Below are positions 17,924 to 26,406 of a DNA stretch of 40,715 nucleotides, piece by piece; the stretch's first letter is position 1, and every line of letters begins with the position of its first letter. Source of the stretch: an uncultured Planctomycetales bacterium. Lineage in GTDB: Bacteria; Omnitrophota; Gorgyraeia; Gygaellales; Profunditerraquicolaceae. A model generated the notes under the pieces. The model saw only the letters and a list, made by a program, of their open reading frames with translations, was not told the origin of the DNA and made no database searches. The stretch spans positions 101,755 through 142,469 of the forward strand of contig CAZAPM010000004.1 of NCBI GenBank assembly GCA_964487475.1, read 5' to 3'. The translations under genes and the position numbers were made by a program.

Positions 17924-19321
17924 CTATGCTTCCTTACCCGTCCAGCAATACTGGCACAAGCTCTCTTCCGCAAGCCCGATCGCCCGCATCATATCCTTCA
18001 ACCCGAGGTATTTCAGGGTCGTGACCCCCAGGTCCTTGCGGACCCATTCCACCATCGCCCGGTATTTCTCCGAGCCCTCTTCCAGGTATTCCCGCACGTC
18101 CTCCGGCTCCTTACCCTCCAGGTCGCGGATGGCCCTGCGGGCCGCCAGCTCGTGCAGCGTCCGGGTGGAATAGCTGAACTTGCAGGGGAACATCAGCGGC
18201 GGACACGCGATACGCACATGCAGTTCTTTAACCCCGCAATCCTTGAGCTTCTGAATGGTGTAATTCTTCAGCTGCGTCCCGCGCACGATGGAATCGTCGC
18301 AGAACACGATCGAGCTGTCCTTGATGATCTCCGGGATCGGGATCAGCTTCATCCGGGCGATCAGGTCCCGGCGCTCCTGGGAAGGAGGCGTATAACTGCG
18401 GTCGAACCCGGGGGTGTATTTCACCAAAGGCCGCCGCAACGGGATCCCCGAGCCCATGGCATACCCGATGGCATGCGCCGTACCCGAATCGGGGATGCCG
18501 GAGACCATGTCCGCCTTGACCGGATCGTTCTTCGCCAGGCACTTGCCGCAGCGCTCGCGCGCCATCTCGACATTGAGCCCGTCATAGGATGCCGCCGGAA
18601 ACCCGGTGTAGATCCACAGGAACGAACAGATCTTGCACGTGTTCTTGCCCTTGGCCGCCTGGGTGAGCCCCGCATCCGTCAACAGGACGATCTCTCCCGG
18701 CGCAAGGAATTTATGCACCTGATATCCGAGGTTGTAGAACGCCGAGGTCTCGGTGGACACCGCCCAGTCCTTCTCCCGCCGTCCGATCACCAGCGGCGAA
18801 TACCCCTGGCTGTCCCTCGCCGCCCAGATCCCCTCCCTGTTCACCAGCAGCAGGGAGCAGGAACCCTTCAGGTCCGAGAACATCCCCTCGATCCCTTCGG
18901 GTATGGTACGCCCGCGCAGGATGAGCTTCGCCACCAGTTCCGTGGCGTTGACCCGGCCGCGGGTGACCTCGCTGAAGGACTGTCCCTGGCGATAAAGGCC
19001 CTCCGCCAATGCGTCGGCGTTCTCGATGAAGCCGTTGGTAACGATGGCAAACACCCCGAATTTGGAATGCACCACCATCGGCTGTTCTTCCAGGGCGCTG
19101 ATGACCCCGATACCCCGGGACCCCTTCATCTGCCGGTAATCGTCGAAAAACTTGGCCTTGAACTGGCTGCCGCGGATATCGTGGATCTTGCGCTGCACGT
19201 CCTCTCCGGACCACACCGCCAGGCCGCCGAACTGGGTACCGAGATGAGAATGATAATCCGTGCCGTAAAAAAGGTCTTCCTGGCAACGCTCCTGCGAGAT
19301 CACTCCGAATATCCCGCTCAT
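17924..19321 (-). CDS. Atypical amidophosphoribosyltransferase paralog lacking the Cys1 nucleophile
   Basis: Begins MSGIFG. GTDYHSHLG replaces QHRG and there is no GHxRYST. Retains PDSG, DDSIVRGT and cysteines ICSF, PCKF, CQYCW. Confidence 0.9.
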   Translation of the reverse strand: MSGIFGVISQERCQEDLFYGTDYHSHLGTQFGGLAVWSGEDVQRKIHDIRGSQFKAKFFDDYRQMKGSRGIGVISALEEQPMVVHSKFGVFAIVTNGFIENADALAEGLYRQGQSFSEVTRGRVNATELVAKLILRGRTIPEGIEGMFSDLKGSCSLLLVNREGIWAARDSQGYSPLVIGRREKDWAVSTETSAFYNLGYQVHKFLAPGEIVLLTDAGLTQAAKGKNTCKICSFLWIYTGFPAASYDGLNVEMARERCGKCLAKNDPVKADMVSGIPDSGTAHAIGYAMGSGIPLRRPLVKYTPGFDRSYTPPSQERRDLIARMKLIPIPEIIKDSSIVFCDDSIVRGTQLKNYTIQKLKDCGVKELHVRIACPPLMFPCKFSYSTRTLHELAARRAIRDLEGKEPEDVREYLEEGSEKYRAMVEWVRKDLGVTTLKYLGLKDMMRAIGLAEESLCQYCWTGKEA

Positions 19322-19333
19322 GGTATCAGCCCC

Positions 19334-20131
19334 TTACCTAAGACGCTTCGCGCACTCGACACCGTTGACGAAGATCTGTAGTCCGTCCCCTTTTCCCGCC
19401 GCATCGTGCATCGCCCAGCGGGGATGCTGCAGGAAGGACACGTGGCGCTCGGGATGCGGCATCAGGCCGAACACCCTGCCCGTCTCGTCGCAAATACCCG
19501 CGATATGATCAAGGGAACCGTTGGGATTGTCGGGATACTCGCCGGCATTTCCCCGGGAGGTACAGTACTGGAACACGATCTGCCCTTTGGCCTTAAGCGC
19601 GGAGAGCGCCGACGCGTCGCGCGGCACGAATTTCCCCTCCCCATGCGCCACCGGCAGGTATATCACCGGGCGGATCCCCTGCGTCCACACGCACGAATCC
19701 GAAACCTTCTTCAGGTGCACCCAGCGGTCCTCGAACTTCCCCGAATCGTTATGGGTGAGCGTGGCGGTCTGCTCCCAACGGGCATTCCCGGGCAATATCC
19801 CCGCCTTGACCAGGATCTGGAAACCGTTGCAGATGCCGATGATGAGCTTGCCGGCATCGACGAACCGCTTGAGCTCGTCGAAAAGCTTATACTTGAGTTC
19901 GTTGGCAAAGATCTTCCCCGAAGCCACGTCATCCCCGTAGCTGAACCCTCCGGACAACGCCAGGATCTGATACCCGGAGAGCAGGGCCTTGTCCGCGACC
20001 AGGGTATTGATGTGCACCAGCTCCGGTACCGCTCCCGCTTTCTGGAAGGCAAACGCGGTCTCCTGATCGCAGTTGGTGCCTGCGGTCCGCAGGATACATA
20101 CTCTAGGTTTAGGGGTAGCTTTCTTTGCCAT
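19334..20131 (-). CDS. purQ: FGAM synthase glutaminase subunit
   Basis: GTNCD, GGFSYGD, GICNGFQIL, AHGEG, NPNGS and MPHPER. Confidence 0.97.
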   Translation of the reverse strand: MAKKATPKPRVCILRTAGTNCDQETAFAFQKAGAVPELVHINTLVADKALLSGYQILALSGGFSYGDDVASGKIFANELKYKLFDELKRFVDAGKLIIGICNGFQILVKAGILPGNARWEQTATLTHNDSGKFEDRWVHLKKVSDSCVWTQGIRPVIYLPVAHGEGKFVPRDASALSALKAKGQIVFQYCTSRGNAGEYPDNPNGSLDHIAGICDETGRVFGLMPHPERHVSFLQHPRWAMHDAAGKGDGLQIFVNGVECAKRLR

Positions 20132-20136
20132 GCTCT

Positions 20137-20799
20137 TTACGCGCGATGCGTCTTATAGAACTGATTGATGATCTTCACGACCTCTTTGGGATCGTCGGTG
20201 ACCTTGAAAAGCTCCAGGTCCTTGGGGCTGATGTTGCCCGCGGCCAGCACCACGTCATGCAGCCATTCCAGCATCCCCTTCCAGTACCGGGTACCCACCA
20301 GCACCACGGGAAAGCGGGGAATGCGCTTGGTCTGGATAAGGTTGATGGCCTCGAAGAACTCGTCCAGCGTGCCGTAGCCTCCGGGCATGATCACGAACGC
20401 CTTGGCGTATTTGACGAACATCACCTTGCGCACGAAAAAATAATGAAAATCCAGGAGGGTGTCGACATAGGGATTGGCTTTCTGCTCGCAGGGGATCTGG
20501 ATGTTCAAGCCGATGGAGTGCCCCTTGGCCCGGCGCGCGCCGCGGTTGCCGGCCTCCATGATCCCCGGGCCGCCGCCGGTGATGACCGCGTACTTGGCCT
20601 TGGTCAGGTAGAACGCCACTTCCTCCGCCAGCTTGTAGTACTTGTTATCGGGCAGGGAACGCGCGGAACCGAAGATCGAAACCGCCCGGCCCACCTGAGA
20701 AAGCACCTCGAACCCTTCCACGAACTCCGCCATGATGCGGAACATCCTCCAGGTATCCTCCCGGGTGAAATCCTTACGGTGCTTCAGCGGCGAATTCAT
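20137..20799 (-). CDS. LOG family (TIGR00730-like) nucleotide phosphoribohydrolase
   Basis: SIFGSAR, ITGGGPGIMEAGN, FFVRKVMF and PGGYGTLDE. Confidence 0.92.
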   Translation of the reverse strand: MNSPLKHRKDFTREDTWRMFRIMAEFVEGFEVLSQVGRAVSIFGSARSLPDNKYYKLAEEVAFYLTKAKYAVITGGGPGIMEAGNRGARRAKGHSIGLNIQIPCEQKANPYVDTLLDFHYFFVRKVMFVKYAKAFVIMPGGYGTLDEFFEAINLIQTKRIPRFPVVLVGTRYWKGMLEWLHDVVLAAGNISPKDLELFKVTDDPKEVVKIINQFYKTHRA

Positions 20800-20802
20800 C
20801 GT

Positions 20803-23733
20803 TTACCACCTCAATGGTTTTTGCCAGGATTCCTTCAGGCCGTTAAGGGACGCGCGCACGCACACCTCCTGGTTAATGCCGTGCACGGTGAAATATTTTT
20901 CTTTTGAAACGCATCCGATCAGGCCGAACGCCACCCCCTTGAGCAACTTCTCGAATTCCTTCTGCCGGTCCTTGGGCACCTCCACCAGCAGACGGGAGTT
21001 CGATTCCGAGAAGAGGACGAAATCGTCGCGCCGCCCGGCCTTGGCCGGCGTATGCACAACCCGGTAAGGCACTTCCTGCAGGAATATCTCCATGCCCAAG
21101 CCGCCGGAAAACGCCATCTCCGCGGCGGCGACGCCGATCCCGCCTTCGGAGCAGTCATGCATCGCCCGCACCAGCCCCCTGGCCGCCGCCTTATGCAACG
21201 CGGCATACCCCCGCATCGCCTCTGCGGCATGCACGCGGGGCACGGCGTTGCCGATCGCGCCGCCGTTGCCGAAATAATGCGACCCCCCCAGCTCATCGAA
21301 GCTCATTCCCACCGCATAGACAAGGTTCCCCGCTTCCTTGGCGTACATGGAGACCGCCTGACGGGCGTCCTCCATGATCCCGAGCGCCGAGATAAGCAGC
21401 GTCCCGGGAATAGCCACGGATTTCCCTTCCACCGCGTATTCATTGTACAGGCTGTCCTTGCCCGAGATGAACGGCACCCCGTAAGCTTTGGAGAAATCAT
21501 GGCAGGCTACCGCGGCCCGCACCAGCCCGCCGAGCCTGTCCGGCTTATCGGGATTGCCCCAGCAGAAATTATCCAGCAGCGCCACCTGGTGCAGTGACCC
21601 TCCCACCGCCACGATCTGGCGCAGCGCCTCGTCGATGCAGGAGGCCGCCATCCAGTACGGATCGATCATGCCAAACCGGCAGTTGATCCCGTTGGAGATA
21701 ACCACGGCCTTGTGGCTTCCCAGGACCGGCTTGACGATGGCGGCATCCGCCGGACCGTCGTTGACGATGCCGACCAGGGGTTTCATTACCGAGCCGCCCT
21801 GCACCTCGTGATCGTACTGCCGGATCACCCACTCCTTGGAACACACCGAATAATGCCCGAGCAGCTTATGCAGCTCGGGGGTTAAATCCTTCGGGCAGGA
21901 TACCGCCGGCTCCTTGTGCTTAGGCAGCGCAAAATATGCCTTCTTCTCGATCTGCGGCAGCCCCTCGTGCAGGAACTTCATATCCAGGTCGCAGACCCGG
22001 TTACCCTTATAGAAAAGCTCGAGCCTTCCCGTATCGGTGAACTCCCCGATCACCGCCGCCTCGACGTTTTCCGCGGCGAACACGGCGCGTAACCGCTCGA
22101 TCTTCGACTTCGGCACGGCCAGCACCATACGCTCCTGCGATTCGGAGATCCAGATCTCGGTATAGCTCAACCCGGTGTACTTCAAAGGCACCTTTTCCAG
22201 GTCGACCCTCGCCCCGCACTCCGCGCCCATCTCGCCTACGGCGCTGGAAAGCCCGCCGGCGCCGCAATCGGTGATGGCGTCGTAAAGTTTTTTGTCCCGC
22301 GCCTGCAGGATGGTATCCGCCATCTTCTTTTCCTGGATGGGGTTGCCGATCTGCACCGCGCCGCTGGAGACCACCTCGGATTCATGGGTCAGCTCGCCGG
22401 AGGAAAAGGTCGCGCCGTGAATGCCGTCGCGCCCGGTGCGCCCGCCGACCACCACCACCAGATCGCCCGGCTCGATCTCCTTGAACGCTTTATCCCTGGG
22501 CATCACCCCCAGCGTGCCGCAGTAGACCAGCGGATTGCCGGCATACCCTTCGTCGAAGATGATGGCGCCGTTGACGGTAGGGATGCCCATCTTATTCCCG
22601 TAATCGCGCACGCCGGACACCACGCCCTTCATCACCCGCTTGGGATGCAGGCTGCCCTGGGGGACCTTCTCGAAAGGATGGTCCGGCGGGGCGAAACAGA
22701 ACACATCGGTATTGAGGATCGGCTTGGCCCCCAGGCCCGTACCCAGGGGATCGCGGATCACCCCCCCGATGCCGGTGTTGGCGCCGCCGAAAGGCTCGAG
22801 CGCCGAAGGATGGTTGTGCGTCTCCACCTTGAAGCAGACATGGTGCTTCTCGTCGAAATTGATGACCCCGGAGTTATCCTTGAACACCGAGATGCACCAG
22901 GGCTTATCGAGCTCCCGGGTCGCCTTCATGATGGTGGACTTAAGCAGGTTGTTGATCTTGCGCTGCGAAAGGGTTTTGGCGTTCTTCCCGGATACCTTCT
23001 CTTTATATTCGATACGTCCGCGGAAGGTCTTGTGCGCGCAATGCTCCGACCAAGTCTGGGCGATGGTCTCGAGCTCGCAGTCGGTGGGGTTGCGCCCGAT
23101 CTTGCGGAAGTGCCCCTGGATCTGGCGCATCTCCGCGAGGTTCAAGTACAGCTGGCCGTCCTTGCTGATCTTTTCCAGCGCGGCGTCGGAAGCGCCCAAA
23201 AGGTCCACCACGGTCAGCTTGAACTGATACCCGGCGGGTTTCAACGCATGCGGCTGGGCAGCCGCGTCCGAAAGGTCGACGATGTGCTGTATGGTCTTAT
23301 TATAAAGCAGCTTCTCGCAGACGGTCTTTAGGTGCGCCTCGGAAAAGGTCCCCTTGAGGTAATATCTCTTGGCGGTCTTGACCGTATCCGCTCCCGCCAG
23401 CCCCAGGTCGGCGATACCCTTGCGCACGGATTCCTCGACCGGGTCCATGACCCCGGGATTATACGCCACCTCCACCACCCGCGCCCCCTCCCGGGCCGCG
23501 CGCTCGTGGCCGGCTTCGAGCAGATGATACTCCTGGGTCACGGGATCCGCCAGCAGCGCTTCGCACACCCGCACCACATCGGCGCGCTCCAGGCTGCCCT
23601 CCAGGAAATACACCTGCGCGAAGGAGACCTCCTCGACGCCGGAGATCCCTAAGTCCAGAATATCCTTCTTAACGCCTTCGCCGGCCGCGTCAAATACGCC
23701 CGGCTTGTCTTTGATCTCGATTTTCCACATCAT
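20803..23733 (-). CDS. purL: FGAM synthase PurL with two N-terminal PurS-like domains
   Basis: Two PurS-like repeats (KPGVFDAAG...LLADPVTQ and NPGVMDPVE...LLYNKTIQ), then WSEHCAHK, KVETHNHPS, DCGAGG, SESQERM and ISGKDS. Confidence 0.96.
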   Translation of the reverse strand: MMWKIEIKDKPGVFDAAGEGVKKDILDLGISGVEEVSFAQVYFLEGSLERADVVRVCEALLADPVTQEYHLLEAGHERAAREGARVVEVAYNPGVMDPVEESVRKGIADLGLAGADTVKTAKRYYLKGTFSEAHLKTVCEKLLYNKTIQHIVDLSDAAAQPHALKPAGYQFKLTVVDLLGASDAALEKISKDGQLYLNLAEMRQIQGHFRKIGRNPTDCELETIAQTWSEHCAHKTFRGRIEYKEKVSGKNAKTLSQRKINNLLKSTIMKATRELDKPWCISVFKDNSGVINFDEKHHVCFKVETHNHPSALEPFGGANTGIGGVIRDPLGTGLGAKPILNTDVFCFAPPDHPFEKVPQGSLHPKRVMKGVVSGVRDYGNKMGIPTVNGAIIFDEGYAGNPLVYCGTLGVMPRDKAFKEIEPGDLVVVVGGRTGRDGIHGATFSSGELTHESEVVSSGAVQIGNPIQEKKMADTILQARDKKLYDAITDCGAGGLSSAVGEMGAECGARVDLEKVPLKYTGLSYTEIWISESQERMVLAVPKSKIERLRAVFAAENVEAAVIGEFTDTGRLELFYKGNRVCDLDMKFLHEGLPQIEKKAYFALPKHKEPAVSCPKDLTPELHKLLGHYSVCSKEWVIRQYDHEVQGGSVMKPLVGIVNDGPADAAIVKPVLGSHKAVVISNGINCRFGMIDPYWMAASCIDEALRQIVAVGGSLHQVALLDNFCWGNPDKPDRLGGLVRAAVACHDFSKAYGVPFISGKDSLYNEYAVEGKSVAIPGTLLISALGIMEDARQAVSMYAKEAGNLVYAVGMSFDELGGSHYFGNGGAIGNAVPRVHAAEAMRGYAALHKAAARGLVRAMHDCSEGGIGVAAAEMAFSGGLGMEIFLQEVPYRVVHTPAKAGRRDDFVLFSESNSRLLVEVPKDRQKEFEKLLKGVAFGLIGCVSKEKYFTVHGINQEVCVRASLNGLKESWQKPLRW

Positions 23734-23755
23734 AGGATATATGCGGGGTGGGTTG

Positions 23756-25048
23756 TTACAGGCCTACCCTGGTGAATATACGGTTAACGTTGCGCAGGAA
23801 GTACCGCGCATCAAAAAGCGACTCGAGGTCTTTGGCGGAAAGGTACTGCGGCACGTCGCGGTCCTCAAGCAGCATGGTCTTAAAAAGTTTTTTCTCCTGC
23901 CAGCTGCGCATGGCGCAGCGCTGCACCAGGTCGTATGCCTTAGGCCGGGGCAGCCCCTTTTCCATCAGCGCCAGAAGCACCCGCTGGGAATAGAAAAGCC
24001 CGTAGGAGCGGTCCATGTTCTCCCGCATCTCGCGGGGGAACACCGTCATCCCCTCCACCACCTGGATGAACTTGTGCAGCATGTAATCGAGACAGAGCGT
24101 CGAATCCGGCAGGATCACCCGCTCCGCCGAGGAATGACTGATGTCGCGCTCGTGCCAGAGCGCCACGTTCTCCAGCGCCACCAGCGCGTTGCCGCGCAGG
24201 ATGCGCGCCAGTCCGCAGATACGCTCGCAGATCACGGGGTTGCGCTTATGCGGCATGGCCGATGACCCTTTCTGGCCCTTGCCGAAGGGCTCCTCCGCCT
24301 CGTGCACCTCGGTGCGCTGCAGATGACGGATCTCCAGGGCGAACTTCTCCAGGCTGGCTCCGATCACCGCCAGCGCGCTCACGAACTGCGCGTACACGTC
24401 CCGCTGCACCACCTGTGTCGAGATAGGCGCCGCCGCGATCCCTAATTTACGGCAGATATAGGCTTCCACCCGGGGATCGACGTTGGAGAAGGTCCCCACC
24501 GCTCCCGATATCTTGCCTACTGCCACGGCCTTATGCGCCTGCTGCAGAAGGGTGATGCTGCGCCCCAGCTCATCATACCAAAGGGCGAGCTTAAGGCCGA
24601 AAGTGGTCGGTTCGGCGTGTATCCCGTGCGTCCTGCCGATCGTCCCCGTCATCTTGTATTTGCGCGCTTTCGCGCCCACGGCCGCTCTGGCCTTGCGCAA
24701 CCCTTCCAACAGGATCTTCGAGGCGGCGGATAACTGCACGCCCAGGGTCGTATCCAGCACATCGGAAGAGGTAAGGCCGGCGTGGAGATACTGCGCATCG
24801 CTGCCGATGCTCGAGGCCACGTCGGTCACGAACGCCACGATATCGTGCTGGGTCTTCTCCTCGATCCTGCGGATGCGGGAGATGCTGAATCTGGCTTTCT
24901 TACGGCAGCGGCCCGGCACCGCCCGCGGGATCTTTCCCGCGCGGGCGAACGCCTCCAGCGCCAAAAGCTCGATCTCCAGCATGGTGGCGAACTTAAACTC
25001 ATCCTTCCAGATGCCGGCCATGCGGGGAAGACTGTAACGTTCTATCAT
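23756..25048 (-). CDS. purB: Adenylosuccinate lyase
   Basis: MIERYS, HDIVAF, GLTSSD, GRTHGIHAEPTT, SSAMPHKRNP and LWHERDISHSS. Confidence 0.97.
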   Translation of the reverse strand: MIERYSLPRMAGIWKDEFKFATMLEIELLALEAFARAGKIPRAVPGRCRKKARFSISRIRRIEEKTQHDIVAFVTDVASSIGSDAQYLHAGLTSSDVLDTTLGVQLSAASKILLEGLRKARAAVGAKARKYKMTGTIGRTHGIHAEPTTFGLKLALWYDELGRSITLLQQAHKAVAVGKISGAVGTFSNVDPRVEAYICRKLGIAAAPISTQVVQRDVYAQFVSALAVIGASLEKFALEIRHLQRTEVHEAEEPFGKGQKGSSAMPHKRNPVICERICGLARILRGNALVALENVALWHERDISHSSAERVILPDSTLCLDYMLHKFIQVVEGMTVFPREMRENMDRSYGLFYSQRVLLALMEKGLPRPKAYDLVQRCAMRSWQEKKLFKTMLLEDRDVPQYLSAKDLESLFDARYFLRNVNRIFTRVGL

Positions 25049-25064
25049 CGGAGTACCTTTCGGT

Positions 25065-25080
25065 ATACTGTATGTAGTGT
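25065..25080. promoter_or_regulatory. Candidate NrdR box in the pur operon leader
   Basis: Imperfect palindrome ATACTGTATGTAGTGT matches 13/16 positions of the NrdR-box consensus acaCwAtATaTwGtgt. It lies between the -10 and the purB RBS. Confidence 0.45.
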
Positions 25081-25093
25081 CCGTGGAGATTTC

Positions 25094-25121
25094 ATTATAC
25101 CAGAATCGCGCTCTTTGGCAA
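25094..25121 (-). promoter_or_regulatory. Sigma70-type promoter of the pur super-operon
   Basis: TTGCCA-N16-TATAAT with extended TG (TGgTATAAT). GAAAGGT RBS before purB. Confidence 0.65.
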
Positions 25122-25136
25122 CTGGAACCTTAAGGC

Positions 25137-25367
25137 TCAGAGCCCGGCTTCGCGCAGGGCCTGCAGCAGGTTTTCGGCGATCGTGCGGTGGCCGTGCGCG
25201 CTGGGATGCCTGTCCAGGGGGAGATAATCCTGCTCCTGATACCGGTAATACATGTTCACCGGCACGGCCTGCGCGATTAAGGCTGGATATTCTTTCCGGG
25301 AGACCAGGCGCTTCCAGGCGCAGGTGAACTCGTAGTTGCCCAGCACCGCCATCTTCGCGCCCGGGGT
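25137..25367 (-). pseudogene. Duplicate C-terminal cassette / remnant of an SGNH hydrolase paralog
   Basis: In frame with and directly after the TGA of the SGNH gene (ATG at 25352). Aligns without gaps to its C-terminus, including LDRHPSAHGHRTIA vs LDWHPNARGHREIA. Confidence 0.6.
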
Positions 25368-26369
25368 TCATGGGGATTGACTGCCCAGCTCCCGGGCCAC
25401 GATCGAGGCGATCTCGCGATGGCCACGGGCATTCGGATGCCAGTCCAGAAGCAAGCGGTTCTGCGGCACGTACACCTGATCCGAAACCACCACCTGCACC
25501 CTCGGCATCCATTGGGAGAACTCCCCGCGCTCCCGCACCCTGCTCCAGGACGACGAGAACTTCCGGTCAGCCAGGACCAGCACGCGCGCTTCGGCAGGGA
25601 TCCCCGCCCCCAGCTTCTCCAGACAGCCCAGAAAAAGCTCCGCCGGCTCCCTTCGGTGAACATCCTCAGCCTCCGGGATGATCTTCCGGCGACAGGAACC
25701 GGCAAACGCCCTGAGGGCGAACCGGGAGTATTTCCCCGGATAATACCTGCAGTGCTCGATACGCCGCCGCGCTTCGTCACGAAAGCCGCTTTCGGACATC
25801 GACGGTATGGGCATTCCCTCCAGAAAACTCCGGTTCTCGACGTCATCGTTATTGCTGTACTGGATGATGAGCGTCCGCATCCCGCTGGTATCGATCCTGC
25901 GAAGCAGCATCAGCTCCCTCGCCGTACCGTATGAGGATATCCCGGCATTGAGCACCCTGATGCCCAGGGTACGCTCCAGCACCTGCGGATACGCGTCCTC
26001 CTGCGCCACGCCCCAGCCCATGGTCACCGAATCCCCCAGGACTACGATCCGCGGGGCCTGCAGTGAATCCTCGTCATCGCGCACCCCCAGACTGTTGATC
26101 CTGTACGCATCGCTGAACTCCGCTCCCCGGAACACGCAACTGCCCGGCCGCAGCGTATACGTCACCTCCGGGTCATAGCGGCTGCACCGGTCATCGAACT
26201 GGATGGGGACCATGAGCTCCTCGGCGTTGAGCATGGAAAGCAGCTGCCGGAACTTGCCGAAGGAAAGACGGGGGTTCGCTACGAAAAAGGAAACGCAGGC
26301 TTCAAAAAGCACCAGGGAAAGGAAAAAGACCGCGATGAGCCGGAGCGCACGGGAAAATACGGAAGCCAT
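25368..26369 (-). CDS. Membrane-anchored SGNH/GDSL hydrolase family protein
   Basis: N-terminal TM helix, INSLGVRD, VLGDSVTMGWGV, LNAGISSYGT, YSNND and DWHPN..GH. Confidence 0.88.
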   Translation of the reverse strand: MASVFSRALRLIAVFFLSLVLFEACVSFFVANPRLSFGKFRQLLSMLNAEELMVPIQFDDRCSRYDPEVTYTLRPGSCVFRGAEFSDAYRINSLGVRDDEDSLQAPRIVVLGDSVTMGWGVAQEDAYPQVLERTLGIRVLNAGISSYGTARELMLLRRIDTSGMRTLIIQYSNNDDVENRSFLEGMPIPSMSESGFRDEARRRIEHCRYYPGKYSRFALRAFAGSCRRKIIPEAEDVHRREPAELFLGCLEKLGAGIPAEARVLVLADRKFSSSWSRVRERGEFSQWMPRVQVVVSDQVYVPQNRLLLDWHPNARGHREIASIVARELGSQSP

Positions 26370-26375
26370 GGATGA

Positions 26376-26384
26376 ATTATATCA
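26376..26384 (-). promoter_or_regulatory. Extended -10 (TGaTATAAT), 6 nt before the SGNH ATG; probable leaderless transcript
   Basis: Minus strand TGATATAAT-TCATCC-ATG with no SD. Confidence 0.55.
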
Positions 26385-26406
26385 GAATTTCCCGGGAAAG
26401 GGAAGC

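Noticed and set aside
16944..19381. Two 409-aa plus-strand ORFs (16944-18173, 18152-19381), and similar ones at 488-1339, 4871-5764, 9511-11295, 13477-14490, 22384-23331 and 30178-31050
   Set aside because: All are antisense shadows of well-supported minus-strand genes. The equal 409-aa lengths appear coincidental.
25049..25136. Purine, ZTP or PRPP riboswitch ahead of the pur operon
   Set aside because: Only about 45 nt separate the -10 from the purB start, and no aptamer-like structure is visible.
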